A DNA stretch of 56,635 nucleotides from a virus (taxonomy: Duplodnaviria; Caudoviricetes): the IMG/VR virus record IMGVR_UViG_3300034356_000821, positions 1 to 56,635 of that record; one strand, given 5' to 3'. The notes under the pieces were generated by a model. The model ran no database searches and was not told the DNA's origin. It was given only the letters and a program-made list of their open reading frames with translations. Positions 1 to 7,980 of the stretch are shown here, in pieces (position 1 is the first letter of the stretch; each line of letters begins with the position of its first letter). The position numbers and the translations under genes were made by a program.

Positions 1-139
1 CTCTGACCTTCACCAATGCATCAGCAATCTTGTATGCATAGCGGCTCAGTGCCAGCGGGTCTTCCACTGTCACACCAGAGGCAAGCACACCCTTCATCAC
101 CTCAAGCGAGAAGGTGTCACGCAGGGTAGGCTCTGCCTT
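1..139. repeat. Terminal direct repeat (copy at 56497-56635); circular-assembly overlap
   Basis: 1-126 is identical to 56497-56622; the last 13 nt have 3 mismatches; the repeat lies inside an ORF. Confidence 0.9.
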
Positions 140-220
140 CTCAGCGAATGAGGGACGGCCTCGGCTACGTGTTGGTTTATCAAGACTCATTGACGTTTCA
201 TGCAAATTGTTATCGCTCAT
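1..220 (-). CDS. Small phage protein spanning the origin (RGRP AT-hook-like motif plus TLRD...AYxIADA motif)
   Basis: ATG at 220 reads MSDNN...RGRPSFAEKAEPTLRDTFSLEVMKG...YAYKIADALVKVRDE and stops just beyond the end overlap. Confidence 0.75.
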   Translation of the reverse strand, partial: MSDNNLHETSMSLDKPTRSRGRPSFAEKAEPTLRDTFSLEVMKGVLASGVTVEDPLALSRYAYKIADALVKVR

Positions 221-221
221 G

Positions 222-686
222 TTAGTTTTTCCTGTAGAAAATGTGATTGTTTATAACAGCAACCCTGTTCAAAGCCTTACGCCACACAGGGTTGACATGC
301 TTGGTGTGGTAGTGGGTAGCACCACCTGTAATGTCCTGCATAGCACCTGACATAGCCTGTGCCACAACAATGTACAACACAGATGTGTCACCTTCGATGG
401 GCTTGTTGCGTCCCTTCGCTGTGTTCGTCCAACTGAATTGCTTTCGAGCATACACTGTGTCGCAGATGGTGGTGCCTGTCTGTGCTGCCCTGTTCAGTGT
501 GACAGCAGCCACTGCTTGCATGCCAGCAACACCCTCACCACGGGCTTCATGGTAGGTGTTCTTTAACATACAGCACCACTCAGCAGCCACAGCAGGGGAT
601 GGTACAGGTTGATGCTCACACGATGCTGTCGAGAGCAGCAAAGCGCCACAGAACATAGCGATGGGGAAGTGTCTGGTGATGTTCAT
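222..686 (-). CDS. SleB-like cell wall hydrolase (Hydrolase_2), possible lipoprotein
   Basis: YHEARGE, VAAVTLNR, QFSW, GATHYH, HIFY motifs; N-terminal hydrophobic stretch ending TASC. Confidence 0.9.
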   Translation of the reverse strand: MNITRHFPIAMFCGALLLSTASCEHQPVPSPAVAAEWCCMLKNTYHEARGEGVAGMQAVAAVTLNRAAQTGTTICDTVYARKQFSWTNTAKGRNKPIEGDTSVLYIVVAQAMSGAMQDITGGATHYHTKHVNPVWRKALNRVAVINNHIFYRKN

Positions 687-687
687 G

Positions 688-1053
688 TCACACCCCTTGC
701 TCTTCAGCCATCAGCGCTGCCCATTTGAGCCACATGTAACGCATGCCTTGGACTTCGTAGTTGATCTTGTCGTACTCTTTAGGATCACCATACCTTGCAA
801 ACAGGGTTGAACTACCTGTGTTGCATCCCATGTTACACAGTCCATCAAGGACACGGCGGCGCATTGGTGCTACTTCACCATTGTAGTAAGCACCATATAG
901 ATGATAGAGGGCTTCATCAATGCTACAGCATGAGAACTTTTCTCTACGACCACCTTCACCGTATCGCTCATGAGCAACTAAGCATTTGTCAGCGGCAAGA
1001 TGTAACACATCTGCAACGGTGTGTTGTTTTTTCATAACTTTCGTTGCACTCAT
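688..1053 (-). CDS. Hypothetical early protein
   Basis: 121-aa ORF with GAGGA RBS, packed in the early operon. Confidence 0.7.
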   Translation of the reverse strand: MSATKVMKKQHTVADVLHLAADKCLVAHERYGEGGRREKFSCCSIDEALYHLYGAYYNGEVAPMRRRVLDGLCNMGCNTGSSTLFARYGDPKEYDKINYEVQGMRYMWLKWAALMAEEQGV

Positions 1054-1116
1054 AATGGTGAATCCTCATGGTTGGATGGGTTGAATGGTGGACGTTTCCG
1101 TCCATCGTCGAGCGGG

Positions 1117-1416
1117 TTAGGCCATGCTGGAAACGGCCATGCTGTCGAAGCCATATTCATACCTTTCATAGCTACGGATGCGGCTGTCTGTGTCACTACG
1201 CTTCTCAACAAACTTGACACGGGTATCTCGTTCGTTCAGTGCCATGCACAGGGTGGTCAGGTCACAGTCTTCTTCGAGGTAGGCATAGTCGCCACGTTGA
1301 TAGCTGTAGCGGCTTATCTTGTCGGCAATGCCGAGGTTGACCAGTACGTCTCGCTTGACCTTTCCCCATCCATGACCGGGGTCTGAGTACATTGTGATGG
1401 TGAATGACTTGCTCAT
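1117..1416 (-). CDS. Conserved phage protein (DPGHGW...YLEEDCD family)
   Basis: Recognisable DPGHGW and YLEEDCD motifs. Confidence 0.75.
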   Translation of the reverse strand: MSKSFTITMYSDPGHGWGKVKRDVLVNLGIADKISRYSYQRGDYAYLEEDCDLTTLCMALNERDTRVKFVEKRSDTDSRIRSYERYEYGFDSMAVSSMA

Positions 1417-1598
1417 GCTTCTTCCCTTGCAAATATTTGATCAACGCTGTGTGTCTCCCACTCATCAGAGGGAGTCCATTCGTGTTGCATACGGTCTTGT
1501 TCTACCCAAGCCAATGCTTCGGCTTCTTCTCTGCTATTGGCATCAACTGTGACGTTGACATAGCTAGACCGCACAATTTGTACGATGTATGTTTTCAT
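1413..1598 (-). CDS. Small early protein (VxAxSxEEA motif)
   Basis: ATGA overlaps with both neighbours. Confidence 0.7.
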   Translation of the reverse strand: MKTYIVQIVRSSYVNVTVDANSREEAEALAWVEQDRMQHEWTPSDEWETHSVDQIFAREEA

Positions 1599-1861
1599 GC
1601 TGTCACCATTGCATTGTTGTTGATGGTCAAGCCTTCACATGTCACCGACACAATGGTGTCTTTGTTGACACAGCGATAGCCTGTGTTGAGGGTGTCATAA
1701 ACGATGATGTATTTGTCAAGATCGACAGTGGTTGTACCGTTCTTGAGGTATTTGGTAACACCAATGCGACCATTCAGTTTACGGACAGTGCCATCTTTCT
1801 TGATGAAGTTGACGGTGATGAACTTGCCCTTGCTTTGGGCGATGAAGTCTACGATTTTCAT
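1595..1861 (-). CDS. SH3/WYL-like small phage protein
   Basis: FITVNFIKKDGTVRKL motif; AAGGA RBS before ATG at 1861. Confidence 0.7.
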   Translation of the reverse strand: MKIVDFIAQSKGKFITVNFIKKDGTVRKLNGRIGVTKYLKNGTTTVDLDKYIIVYDTLNTGYRCVNKDTIVSVTCEGLTINNNAMVTA

Positions 1862-1932
1862 TTGTTTTCCTTTGGAAGGTTGATACGATAGTGTATCGGT
1901 GATGGCCCTCATAAGACCATCACAGGACACTG

Positions 1933-2094
1933 TCAAAATATCTTCGTTGTCTTGTCACCCTCAACCGACCACACACTGACCACATCAGGGTGCATGGTCA
2001 AGCTGACTCTGTAAATGAACATATACATTTCATCTTCGTTTGTGAATGTTTGTTGCCAAACATGATCGTTCCTAAACTTCCAGTGCAGTGTCAC
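1933..2094 (-). CDS. Hypothetical 53-aa protein
   Basis: GTG start overlapping the upstream stop, GGAGG RBS; read manually. Confidence 0.55.
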   Translation of the reverse strand: MTLHWKFRNDHVWQQTFTNEDEMYMFIYRVSLTMHPDVVSVWSVEGDKTTKIF

Positions 2095-2261
2095 AGTTCA
2101 CCTCCACCCATGTAAGCCAATGTAAAGTCGGCAATTTCATCCTCGCTCAACCACTTACCAGCTTGAATGTGATCAAGGGACTGTGAGTCAATTCCGAAAG
2201 TGTGCCGCAGAAAAGCAGCAGCAAAGAAGAAGTCTTTGTGCATCTTGCGGTATGTATTCAT
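2091..2261 (-). CDS. Hypothetical protein
   Basis: MNTYRK start directly after the upstream stop. Confidence 0.6.
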   Translation of the reverse strand: MNTYRKMHKDFFFAAAFLRHTFGIDSQSLDHIQAGKWLSEDEIADFTLAYMGGGEL

Positions 2262-2262
2262 G

Positions 2263-2655
2263 TCACCACCAGCTATCATAGTACACAGCCTTGCCATAGT
2301 CCAGTGCCTCTCTTGCTTTAGCAATGAAGTCGGCAACGCTTTCGAGTTGTTCGGGGTACACCACTTGAGCACCAAAGAAGCTACCCTGAACAGGTTGCAT
2401 AGTGCCTGCTTCACGCTCAAGCCTGTCTAGGTCTTCGCTGGTCAATCGAACAGTGGTGCAGTTGAAGCTTGCTTTAGCACCACCTTTGATGCGGTATAGC
2501 TGTTCCATCCAGCCATGCAAAGCATTGAACTTGCGCCAGTAGAATAGCTCTGTCTTGTCGATCTCGTTGTCTGTGCCATAGTTGATGTCTAAGTCAACTA
2601 CGTTGTCGCCAGCATCCTTTGCTGACACGGTAAAAGCATACATGTCTAAGCCCAT
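2263..2655 (-). CDS. Conserved phage protein (MGLDMY...YWRKxNxLHGW...YxSWW family)
   Basis: Characteristic motifs; hairpin RBS. Confidence 0.8.
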   Translation of the reverse strand: MGLDMYAFTVSAKDAGDNVVDLDINYGTDNEIDKTELFYWRKFNALHGWMEQLYRIKGGAKASFNCTTVRLTSEDLDRLEREAGTMQPVQGSFFGAQVVYPEQLESVADFIAKAREALDYGKAVYYDSWW

Positions 2656-2666
2656 GATAGTTCCTT

Positions 2667-2843
2667 TCAGGAGAGTTGTTCTTGAATGATGTAAGTCGAT
2701 GCAGCCAGTGCATCTTTGATGGAGTCTACTGCCCAACCAGTGTATGTCTGCCCTTCGTTGTCAAAGAACAACTCATAGACCTGTGCTGTCTGGTCAAACT
2801 GTGCCCATATTTCGATGCCACTTTTCTTGGTGATCAATCGCAT
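2667..2843 (-). CDS. Hypothetical 58-aa protein
   Basis: MRLITKKSGIEIW...; AAGGA RBS; stop lies inside the next gene's RBS hairpin. Confidence 0.7.
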   Translation of the reverse strand: MRLITKKSGIEIWAQFDQTAQVYELFFDNEGQTYTGWAVDSIKDALAASTYIIQEQLS

Positions 2844-2854
2844 GATGTTTCCTT

Positions 2855-3046
2855 TCAGGAAATGTTGATGATTGTGAAGCCCTCAATCTCGGCAAAGAGG
2901 TTGAGCAGCCTGCTGCTCAGTTGCATGTTGCCACCGTAGACGACGACACGTTCGATGTTACCGTCTGCATGCTTTATATCGGCATAAAAAGCATCACCGA
3001 TACCATTGTCACAGCCTATGGCTCTGATGGTTGTTGCAGGTGTCAT
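2855..3046 (-). CDS. Hypothetical protein
   Basis: ATG at 3046 with AAGGA RBS. Confidence 0.7.
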   Translation of the reverse strand: MTPATTIRAIGCDNGIGDAFYADIKHADGNIERVVVYGGNMQLSSRLLNLFAEIEGFTIINIS

Positions 3047-3065
3047 GTTGTTTCCTTTCAGGAAG

Positions 3066-3422
3066 TTAAAAAACTTTACGTGAAACGATACCGAAACCAA
3101 CAGGCTTCGGGGTTTCATATCGCACAGCATCACTCAAATGATACATGTACTTCGCATCTTTGATGTAGAAAATACTGTGCTTCGCAACAAGGTGTTGGTC
3201 ATACAGATCATCGAATGCTAAAGCATCGCTGACCAGTGAGCATCCAACGACATTGACTTGACCAATTGCAAAGGCTTTGCCTTGTCCTGTTCGAACAATC
3301 GCAACGGTCTTGCCAATGTAGGGATGTAAGCTTTTACTATTCCTTGTCTCGATGGTTTTGATACCATCGACAATGAGATCAGCAAAGGCAACATCGGTGT
3401 TTCGCACATTGATGCCTATCAT
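3066..3422 (-). CDS. ASCH/PUA-like domain protein
   Basis: FADLIVDGIKTIETR matches the GxKxxExR ASCH signature. Confidence 0.85.
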   Translation of the reverse strand: MIGINVRNTDVAFADLIVDGIKTIETRNSKSLHPYIGKTVAIVRTGQGKAFAIGQVNVVGCSLVSDALAFDDLYDQHLVAKHSIFYIKDAKYMYHLSDAVRYETPKPVGFGIVSRKVF

Positions 3423-3423
3423 A

Positions 3424-3810
3424 TTAGTTCCAGACGTTGATGTGAGAACGTTTGTTCTCGCTTACAGTCAGTGCCACAAGACGACCTGTCTTGCATGGAT
3501 GCTCACCGTACAAGTGAACGAAGGTGTCGTACTTGTATGGGTTGTAGGTGATGGGTGTGCCGACTGTGGTGACACGATCAATGGTGATCAGGTCAGTGCC
3601 TGTCATGTCCCAATGACCAACAACACCAGCATGAACATTCTTCTTACGTTCACGAAGGACACGCTGTCGCCCTGCCTCAGACACCTTGAAGGTGGCATCG
3701 AACAGCAACACATCGTCACGATGTGCCACGACACGGCCCTTGTTCTTACCCTCAAGCGCTTTGATGCTGAAGCATTTGCGGTGCAGATTAAAGTATACAT
3801 AAACTCGCAT
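3424..3810 (-). CDS. Conserved phage protein (VYFNLH...RKKNVHA...YNPYK family)
   Basis: Recognisable motifs; strong RBS at ATG 3810. Confidence 0.8.
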   Translation of the reverse strand: MRVYVYFNLHRKCFSIKALEGKNKGRVVAHRDDVLLFDATFKVSEAGRQRVLRERKKNVHAGVVGHWDMTGTDLITIDRVTTVGTPITYNPYKYDTFVHLYGEHPCKTGRLVALTVSENKRSHINVWN

Positions 3811-3832
3811 GATGTTTCCTTTCAGGAATGAA

Positions 3833-3997
3833 TTAGGCAAAATCGCCCCGTTTGTCAAAACCAATTGATGCACAGAAAACATGTAATGTGTTTTCCCATT
3901 TTGTTTCTTCAATGCAAATAGACTTTGCTTCCCATGCAAAGCTTGCCTGAATGGTGTATGACGTATTGTCCCGCATTGTGACTGTGATTGTATGCAT
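3833..3997 (-). CDS. Hypothetical 54-aa protein
   Basis: ATG at 3997 with AAGGA RBS; read manually. Confidence 0.65.
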   Translation of the reverse strand: MHTITVTMRDNTSYTIQASFAWEAKSICIEETKWENTLHVFCASIGFDKRGDFA

Positions 3998-4015
3998 GTT
4001 GTTTCCTTTCAGGAA

Positions 4016-4204
4016 TTAATAATCTTCGTACCCATAATGGGGGGTTTGCAGTTGCTGACCGAAGCAATTGAAATATCGGTCACATTCACATACAATGTCA
4101 TAACCACCATCACTTGATTGCACCTCGATGATTTGGTGGCATGCACATGTCCACTTCCGAGTGTATGTGCCATCATCATGTTCAATGATTGTCATATCAG
4201 TCAT
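4016..4204 (-). CDS. Small Cys-rich protein (CxC...CxC...YFNCFGQ), possible Zn finger
   Basis: ATG at 4204 with AAGGA RBS. Confidence 0.7.
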   Translation of the reverse strand: MTDMTIIEHDDGTYTRKWTCACHQIIEVQSSDGGYDIVCECDRYFNCFGQQLQTPHYGYEDY

Positions 4205-4237
4205 TTTGTTTCCTTTAGGAAGGCTTGATATAAACTC

Positions 4238-4448
4238 TGTAACCCTGTGCCACAAAGCTTATGAAAGCCACATCATATAGCACCGACCCCGATGCCATGA
4301 TGTGTCCCCTATGCACATTATCATCCTCATGTGCTATGAGCAGTGTAGAACGTTACGTATCTACAATTACGCTGGCCTATTTCAGGCTGCAACATACTTG
4401 CTACATATGTTGCATCCATACTGACACCACGTTACATTTTTAAAGATC
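4238..4448 (-). ncRNA. Putative multibranched structured leader RNA with a boxA-like element
   Basis: Long basal stem and five internal hairpins found by inspection; lies between a promoter and the first ORF. Confidence 0.65.
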
Positions 4449-4480
4449 AATTTGTTGGTGACGATGCACTGTTGGCCTAA

Positions 4481-4510
4481 ATTATACAGGCTTTGCAAAA
4501 CCCCTGTCAA
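4481..4510 (-). promoter_or_regulatory. sigma70 early promoter TTGACA-N18-TATAAT
   Basis: Perfect consensus hexamers; -35 flanked by an inverted repeat. Confidence 0.85.
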
Positions 4511-4528
4511 CTGTAGGGACTTTGCAAA

Positions 4529-4549
4529 GCCTCCCCCGAAGGGGAAGCA
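4529..4549 (-). terminator. UUCG-capped hairpin after the GP88-like gene
   Basis: GCTTCCCC-TTCG-GGGGAGGC followed by TTT. Confidence 0.55.
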
Positions 4550-4554
4550 TTGTC

Positions 4555-5310
4555 TCATGCCGCTTGCAACATGAACACAGACTTAGGGGTGTCAACGACG
4601 AAGCCTGTCATATCAAGCTTTGCTTTGCCCTTGGCATACAGTGCCACAATGACGCCCTTATCCTCAAGGTGGCGAATGTCGCTGTTGTCACCACCGATGA
4701 CAGGCATGCCCTTGAACACAGCGGGTATCGATGCTTCGGTACGGAATACGACAGCGACTCGCATGCCATTGTCAATGGCCTTGTTGACATATGGCTGAAA
4801 GCCAACAACACCACTGTAGGAGAACGTCAGATCATAATTCAAAGGTAAACCTTTACGATTCACATCCTTGGTGTAGTCGTAGAATTGAACGTCAGGAAAT
4901 GCAGCAAATATGTTTACATATTCTGTGCCGTCAACATCAGTAAAACCTACAGTTTCCCAACGAATGTCTGACGTGCCATTCAAACGAACAAGCGGAATCA
5001 AGCTTTGCTTTGCAGCTTTTTTGACAAGCTGTCGAATGTTGACAACCAATTGCTGCATGAAAGTGGTTCGCTCAGTGAAAAACCACACTGTCTTATTGAT
5101 TCGACCCTGTGCCACTGTTGACATGGCACCACGCCCTGCACTGAACAAGCATGCAGTGCCACACTCTGCAATTTGTGCCATGCTGCATGTATTCCACTCC
5201 GTGGATTTGTAGGGTGCAAGATACATGATGCCAGTCAGAAAACCGAAGGTTTCGCCCTTCGATGTTTTCGCATCGGCATTGATTGACAAGAGAGATTTTG
5301 ACTTGAACAT
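4555..5310 (-). CDS. GP88-like (radical-SAM-related) Cys-motif protein
   Basis: Cx7CxxxC, RLNGTSDI, FYDYTK, LTFSYS motifs. Confidence 0.75.
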   Translation of the reverse strand: MFKSKSLLSINADAKTSKGETFGFLTGIMYLAPYKSTEWNTCSMAQIAECGTACLFSAGRGAMSTVAQGRINKTVWFFTERTTFMQQLVVNIRQLVKKAAKQSLIPLVRLNGTSDIRWETVGFTDVDGTEYVNIFAAFPDVQFYDYTKDVNRKGLPLNYDLTFSYSGVVGFQPYVNKAIDNGMRVAVVFRTEASIPAVFKGMPVIGGDNSDIRHLEDKGVIVALYAKGKAKLDMTGFVVDTPKSVFMLQAA

Positions 5311-5358
5311 GATGTTTACCTTCGGTAAGAGACAGCGGGATTGCCGTCGATGCTTTCA

Positions 5359-5388
5359 ATTGTACAGACCTTCGAAAAGCCCTGTCAA
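5359..5388 (-). promoter_or_regulatory. sigma70 early promoter TTGACA-N18-TACAAT
   Basis: Part of a ~90-bp cassette repeated at 5825-5913. Confidence 0.85.
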
Positions 5389-5396
5389 ATGCAGGG

Positions 5397-5624
5397 TTAT
5401 TTGAAACGTTTTGCTGCAACGAAGTTGCCACGGCGGTATACAGTCGCTGCATCATAGCATGCTGCCCATTGTGCAGCTTCGCTGTAGGTGAAAGTGTAGT
5501 GACGTTTTTTGAAGCCTTGACCGATTGTCATAAAACCGAAGGTTTTCTTCAGTTGCAAAGCGATTTCAGCTTGCATGATGTATGAAGCAATAGCGAGTGA
5601 TGCAATGGATGTGAGCAATAACAT
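5397..5624 (-). CDS. Hypothetical protein
   Basis: 75 aa; hairpin RBS. Confidence 0.7.
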   Translation of the reverse strand: MLLLTSIASLAIASYIMQAEIALQLKKTFGFMTIGQGFKKRHYTFTYSEAAQWAACYDAATVYRRGNFVAAKRFK

Positions 5625-5635
5625 GATGTTTACTT

Positions 5636-5827
5636 TCAGTAAGTGAAGCCGATGACGACGATTTTGTCTGCCTTGACGTAAACACAGCGGTTTATGTCTT
5701 CGACATCGACCAACTCAAACGACTTCGTCGTTCTGTCGTATGCACCTTTGATGTATACAGCTTTGCTGTCGCTTTTCCGTTTGACGTAGTCACCGGGTTT
5801 GACGTTTTTGATTGTGATGTTTTGCAT
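5636..5827 (-). CDS. Small SH3-like early protein; first gene of the early arm
   Basis: IKNVKPGDYVKRK motif; directly downstream of a promoter. Confidence 0.75.
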   Translation of the reverse strand: MQNITIKNVKPGDYVKRKSDSKAVYIKGAYDRTTKSFELVDVEDINRCVYVKADKIVVIGFTY

Positions 5828-5875
5828 GATGTTTACCTTCGGTAGTACGACGACCCGATGCCGTCGATGCTTTCA

Positions 5876-5905
5876 ATTGTAGCGACCTTCGAATGGCCTT
5901 GTCAA
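5876..5905 (-). promoter_or_regulatory. sigma70 early promoter TTGACA-N18-TACAAT
   Basis: Second copy of the promoter cassette. Confidence 0.85.
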
Positions 5906-5913
5906 ATGTAGGG

Positions 5914-6868
5914 CTATTCAACCACAATCGGTGAAGGGTCTTTCTCGTGTGTGCAGGCATTATGCAGCGGGTAAGGCTTCGTTGCCGATATCGTATACCG
6001 CCCCTTTTACTGACCCGTTAGTCATTAAAATCAACCGTTTTCAGGGTATCGAAGATATCGGCAACTGTTTTTGAATCAGTTTCTCATATGCGTGTAAGTC
6101 TTTGAATTCATTGAAGAATATGCATGCATGGTGTAATGCACAGCGTATGCATCACTCACCTGTGCAGCTATGTATGCCTATGCACTCATGCCTGTGCAGC
6201 GCAGCGCTATGCGGCCCGTGCGTGGGCCAGTAGGGGGTGGGGCGCTATATGTATACAACGAAGCCCACAGAACAGCTTTTTCAGACCTGTTAACCACCAC
6301 CGCCTAAAACACTCTATCCGTACACACTGTAGCCCACACAAGTGCTACACAGCCTCTACAATCGCTTAACGTCACAGGAGTGTTGCAGAGGCAACACCAC
6401 CCCCTACAGGACCAACAAAGCGTTTCAGACAACACAGCCTATGCTGCTACAGAAAACCAACCATGAATACATAGACTACTACTATCCACTTACACTATGT
6501 TGCAACAAAACAACATATGCAAATATATCGCTTGACAACATTTTACGTGTCGATATAACATAGGGGTATTGGGGCTTGGGGCTATGTAGACTATGTAGTG
6601 ATGCAGAGAGCATAGATGACATAGGGTACATAAATGTTCTTGCTCTATGTTGACAAACGATTATAGACCATCATCAACCCCTAAACACAGACTATGAAGT
6701 CTATAAAGCCGCTAACGCAATATCGACCATGAAGATAACAACTATTGATTGTTTATTGTTTTTCTTTTATTTGTTGTTTGCTTTGTTGTTGTTTAGCGAT
6801 ATACTCTCTCATCACTAGCCTACACATCTATAGATAGGCAGCTATGAAGACCTATATAGTAGAAGCAT
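5914..6868. other. ~950-bp non-coding region between the divergent arms; candidate true genome end or replication origin
   Basis: No credible ORF; short CTATG and CCTGTGCAGC repeats; T-rich tract at 6745-6795. Confidence 0.5.
6532..6559 (+). promoter_or_regulatory. Possible rightward promoter TTGACA-N16-TATAAC
   Basis: Near-consensus hexamers upstream of the late arm. Confidence 0.45.
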
Positions 6869-7123
6869 ATGAATATTTTGTTAAGTAGAGAAGCGGTAGA
6901 ATCTAAAGGGATGTTAAATAGTCCCCCTTATTCTGTTGCATCAATTGTGTTTAAAGCGATTCATCGTGACAACTTAGACAATACACATATACCGCATAGT
7001 GATGTATATTACGTCAGAGCCGCTTTAGAGAAGCATACGGGCTATTATTTCCCTTTAGATGTTGTAGAAGATGCGATGCACGAAGAAGGCTGGCGTGACC
7101 GTAAAGGTAAAGGACGATATTGA
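6869..7123 (+). CDS. Hypothetical protein
   Basis: 84 aa; first ORF of the plus arm. Confidence 0.7.
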   Translation: MNILLSREAVESKGMLNSPPYSVASIVFKAIHRDNLDNTHIPHSDVYYVRAALEKHTGYYFPLDVVEDAMHEEGWRDRKGKGRY

Positions 7124-7124
7124 T

Positions 7125-7379
7125 ATGGCAATCAAAAGAGGCAGTGAAGAGTTTAGCGGCTACAATAAGCCGAAGGCAACACCCGATCATCCGACAAAGA
7201 GCCATGCTGTGCTGGCTAAGGATGGAGCAACTGTGAAGTTGATCAGGTTTGGACAGAAGGGTGTTGAAGGAAGTCCCGATGGTAGTAAGCGTAACGAGGC
7301 TTTTAAAGCCCGTCATGCCTCTAACATTGCAAAGGGCAAGATGTCGGCTGCATACTGGGCTAACAAAACTAAGTGGTGA
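7125..7379 (+). CDS. Conserved small basic viral protein (KLIRFG...FKARH...AYWA..KW family)
   Basis: Recognisable motifs; AAGGA RBS. Confidence 0.8.
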   Translation: MAIKRGSEEFSGYNKPKATPDHPTKSHAVLAKDGATVKLIRFGQKGVEGSPDGSKRNEAFKARHASNIAKGKMSAAYWANKTKW

Positions 7380-7404
7380 ACAAGCTGTAAAAGTGCTATA
7401 ACAT

Positions 7405-7605
7405 ATGTACGTTGCTCAATATATCATCTGCATTGTTCAAGCGTGTATGATGTTTGAGTATGAGCATTACGTAATGTATAAAGACCTACAGCGCTGTCAA
7501 GCTACAGAGGCTGTGAAGGCTCAGGAGTTAATGGCATTGTTGAAAGACAAGCCTGTTAGTGCTGTGGCGTTTCGTTGTGTAAACAAAAGCGACAGTAGTG
7601 TTTGA
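7405..7605 (+). CDS. Small Cys-containing protein
   Basis: 66 aa; four Cys; hydrophobic N-terminus. Confidence 0.6.
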   Translation: MYVAQYIICIVQACMMFEYEHYVMYKDLQRCQATEAVKAQELMALLKDKPVSAVAFRCVNKSDSSV

Positions 7606-7637
7606 GGCATAGCCTCTATTTTTGTTAAAGGAAAAAC

Positions 7638-7979
7638 ATGGCTATGGATAACACAGCAGCTAAGGTTGCTAAATTGCGTGAAATGGCAAAGGACAAGAAC
7701 CTGCCACAGGACGTGCGTAACACCTATCTTGACGAAGCTGTGAAGCTGGAAGAGAAGGCGGCTATGAAGTCTGGTGTGAGGATGGCTAAGGGTGGTATGC
7801 CAATGGTTGAGAAGGCTGGCGTTAAAGTTCCAGCGTTTGCTGCTGACGGTGTTGGTAAGATGGCTAAGGGTGGCGCTGTTGTCGCCAAGGCTCCAACTAA
7901 AGACCTGCCAATGCGCGGTAGCCGTACAGCCACCAACATGGCGAAGGGTGGCTCTGCTATGAAGAAGGCTAAGAAGTAA
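7638..7979 (+). CDS. Basic protein with three MAKGG motifs
   Basis: MAKGG at 7782, 7860 and 7938; AAGGA RBS. Confidence 0.85.
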   Translation: MAMDNTAAKVAKLREMAKDKNLPQDVRNTYLDEAVKLEEKAAMKSGVRMAKGGMPMVEKAGVKVPAFAADGVGKMAKGGAVVAKAPTKDLPMRGSRTATNMAKGGSAMKKAKK

Positions 7980-7980
7980 G

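Noticed and set aside
1-139. True physical terminal repeat
   Set aside because: It falls in the middle of a gene and has the size of an assembly overlap
2662-5844. GAA hairpins as N4-type hairpin promoters
   Set aside because: The GAA loop is on the non-template strand and coincides with RBSs; no virion RNAP is present
6124-6563. ORFs 6124-6369 and 6342-6563
   Set aside because: No RBS, atypical composition, and they lie in the repeat-rich non-coding region
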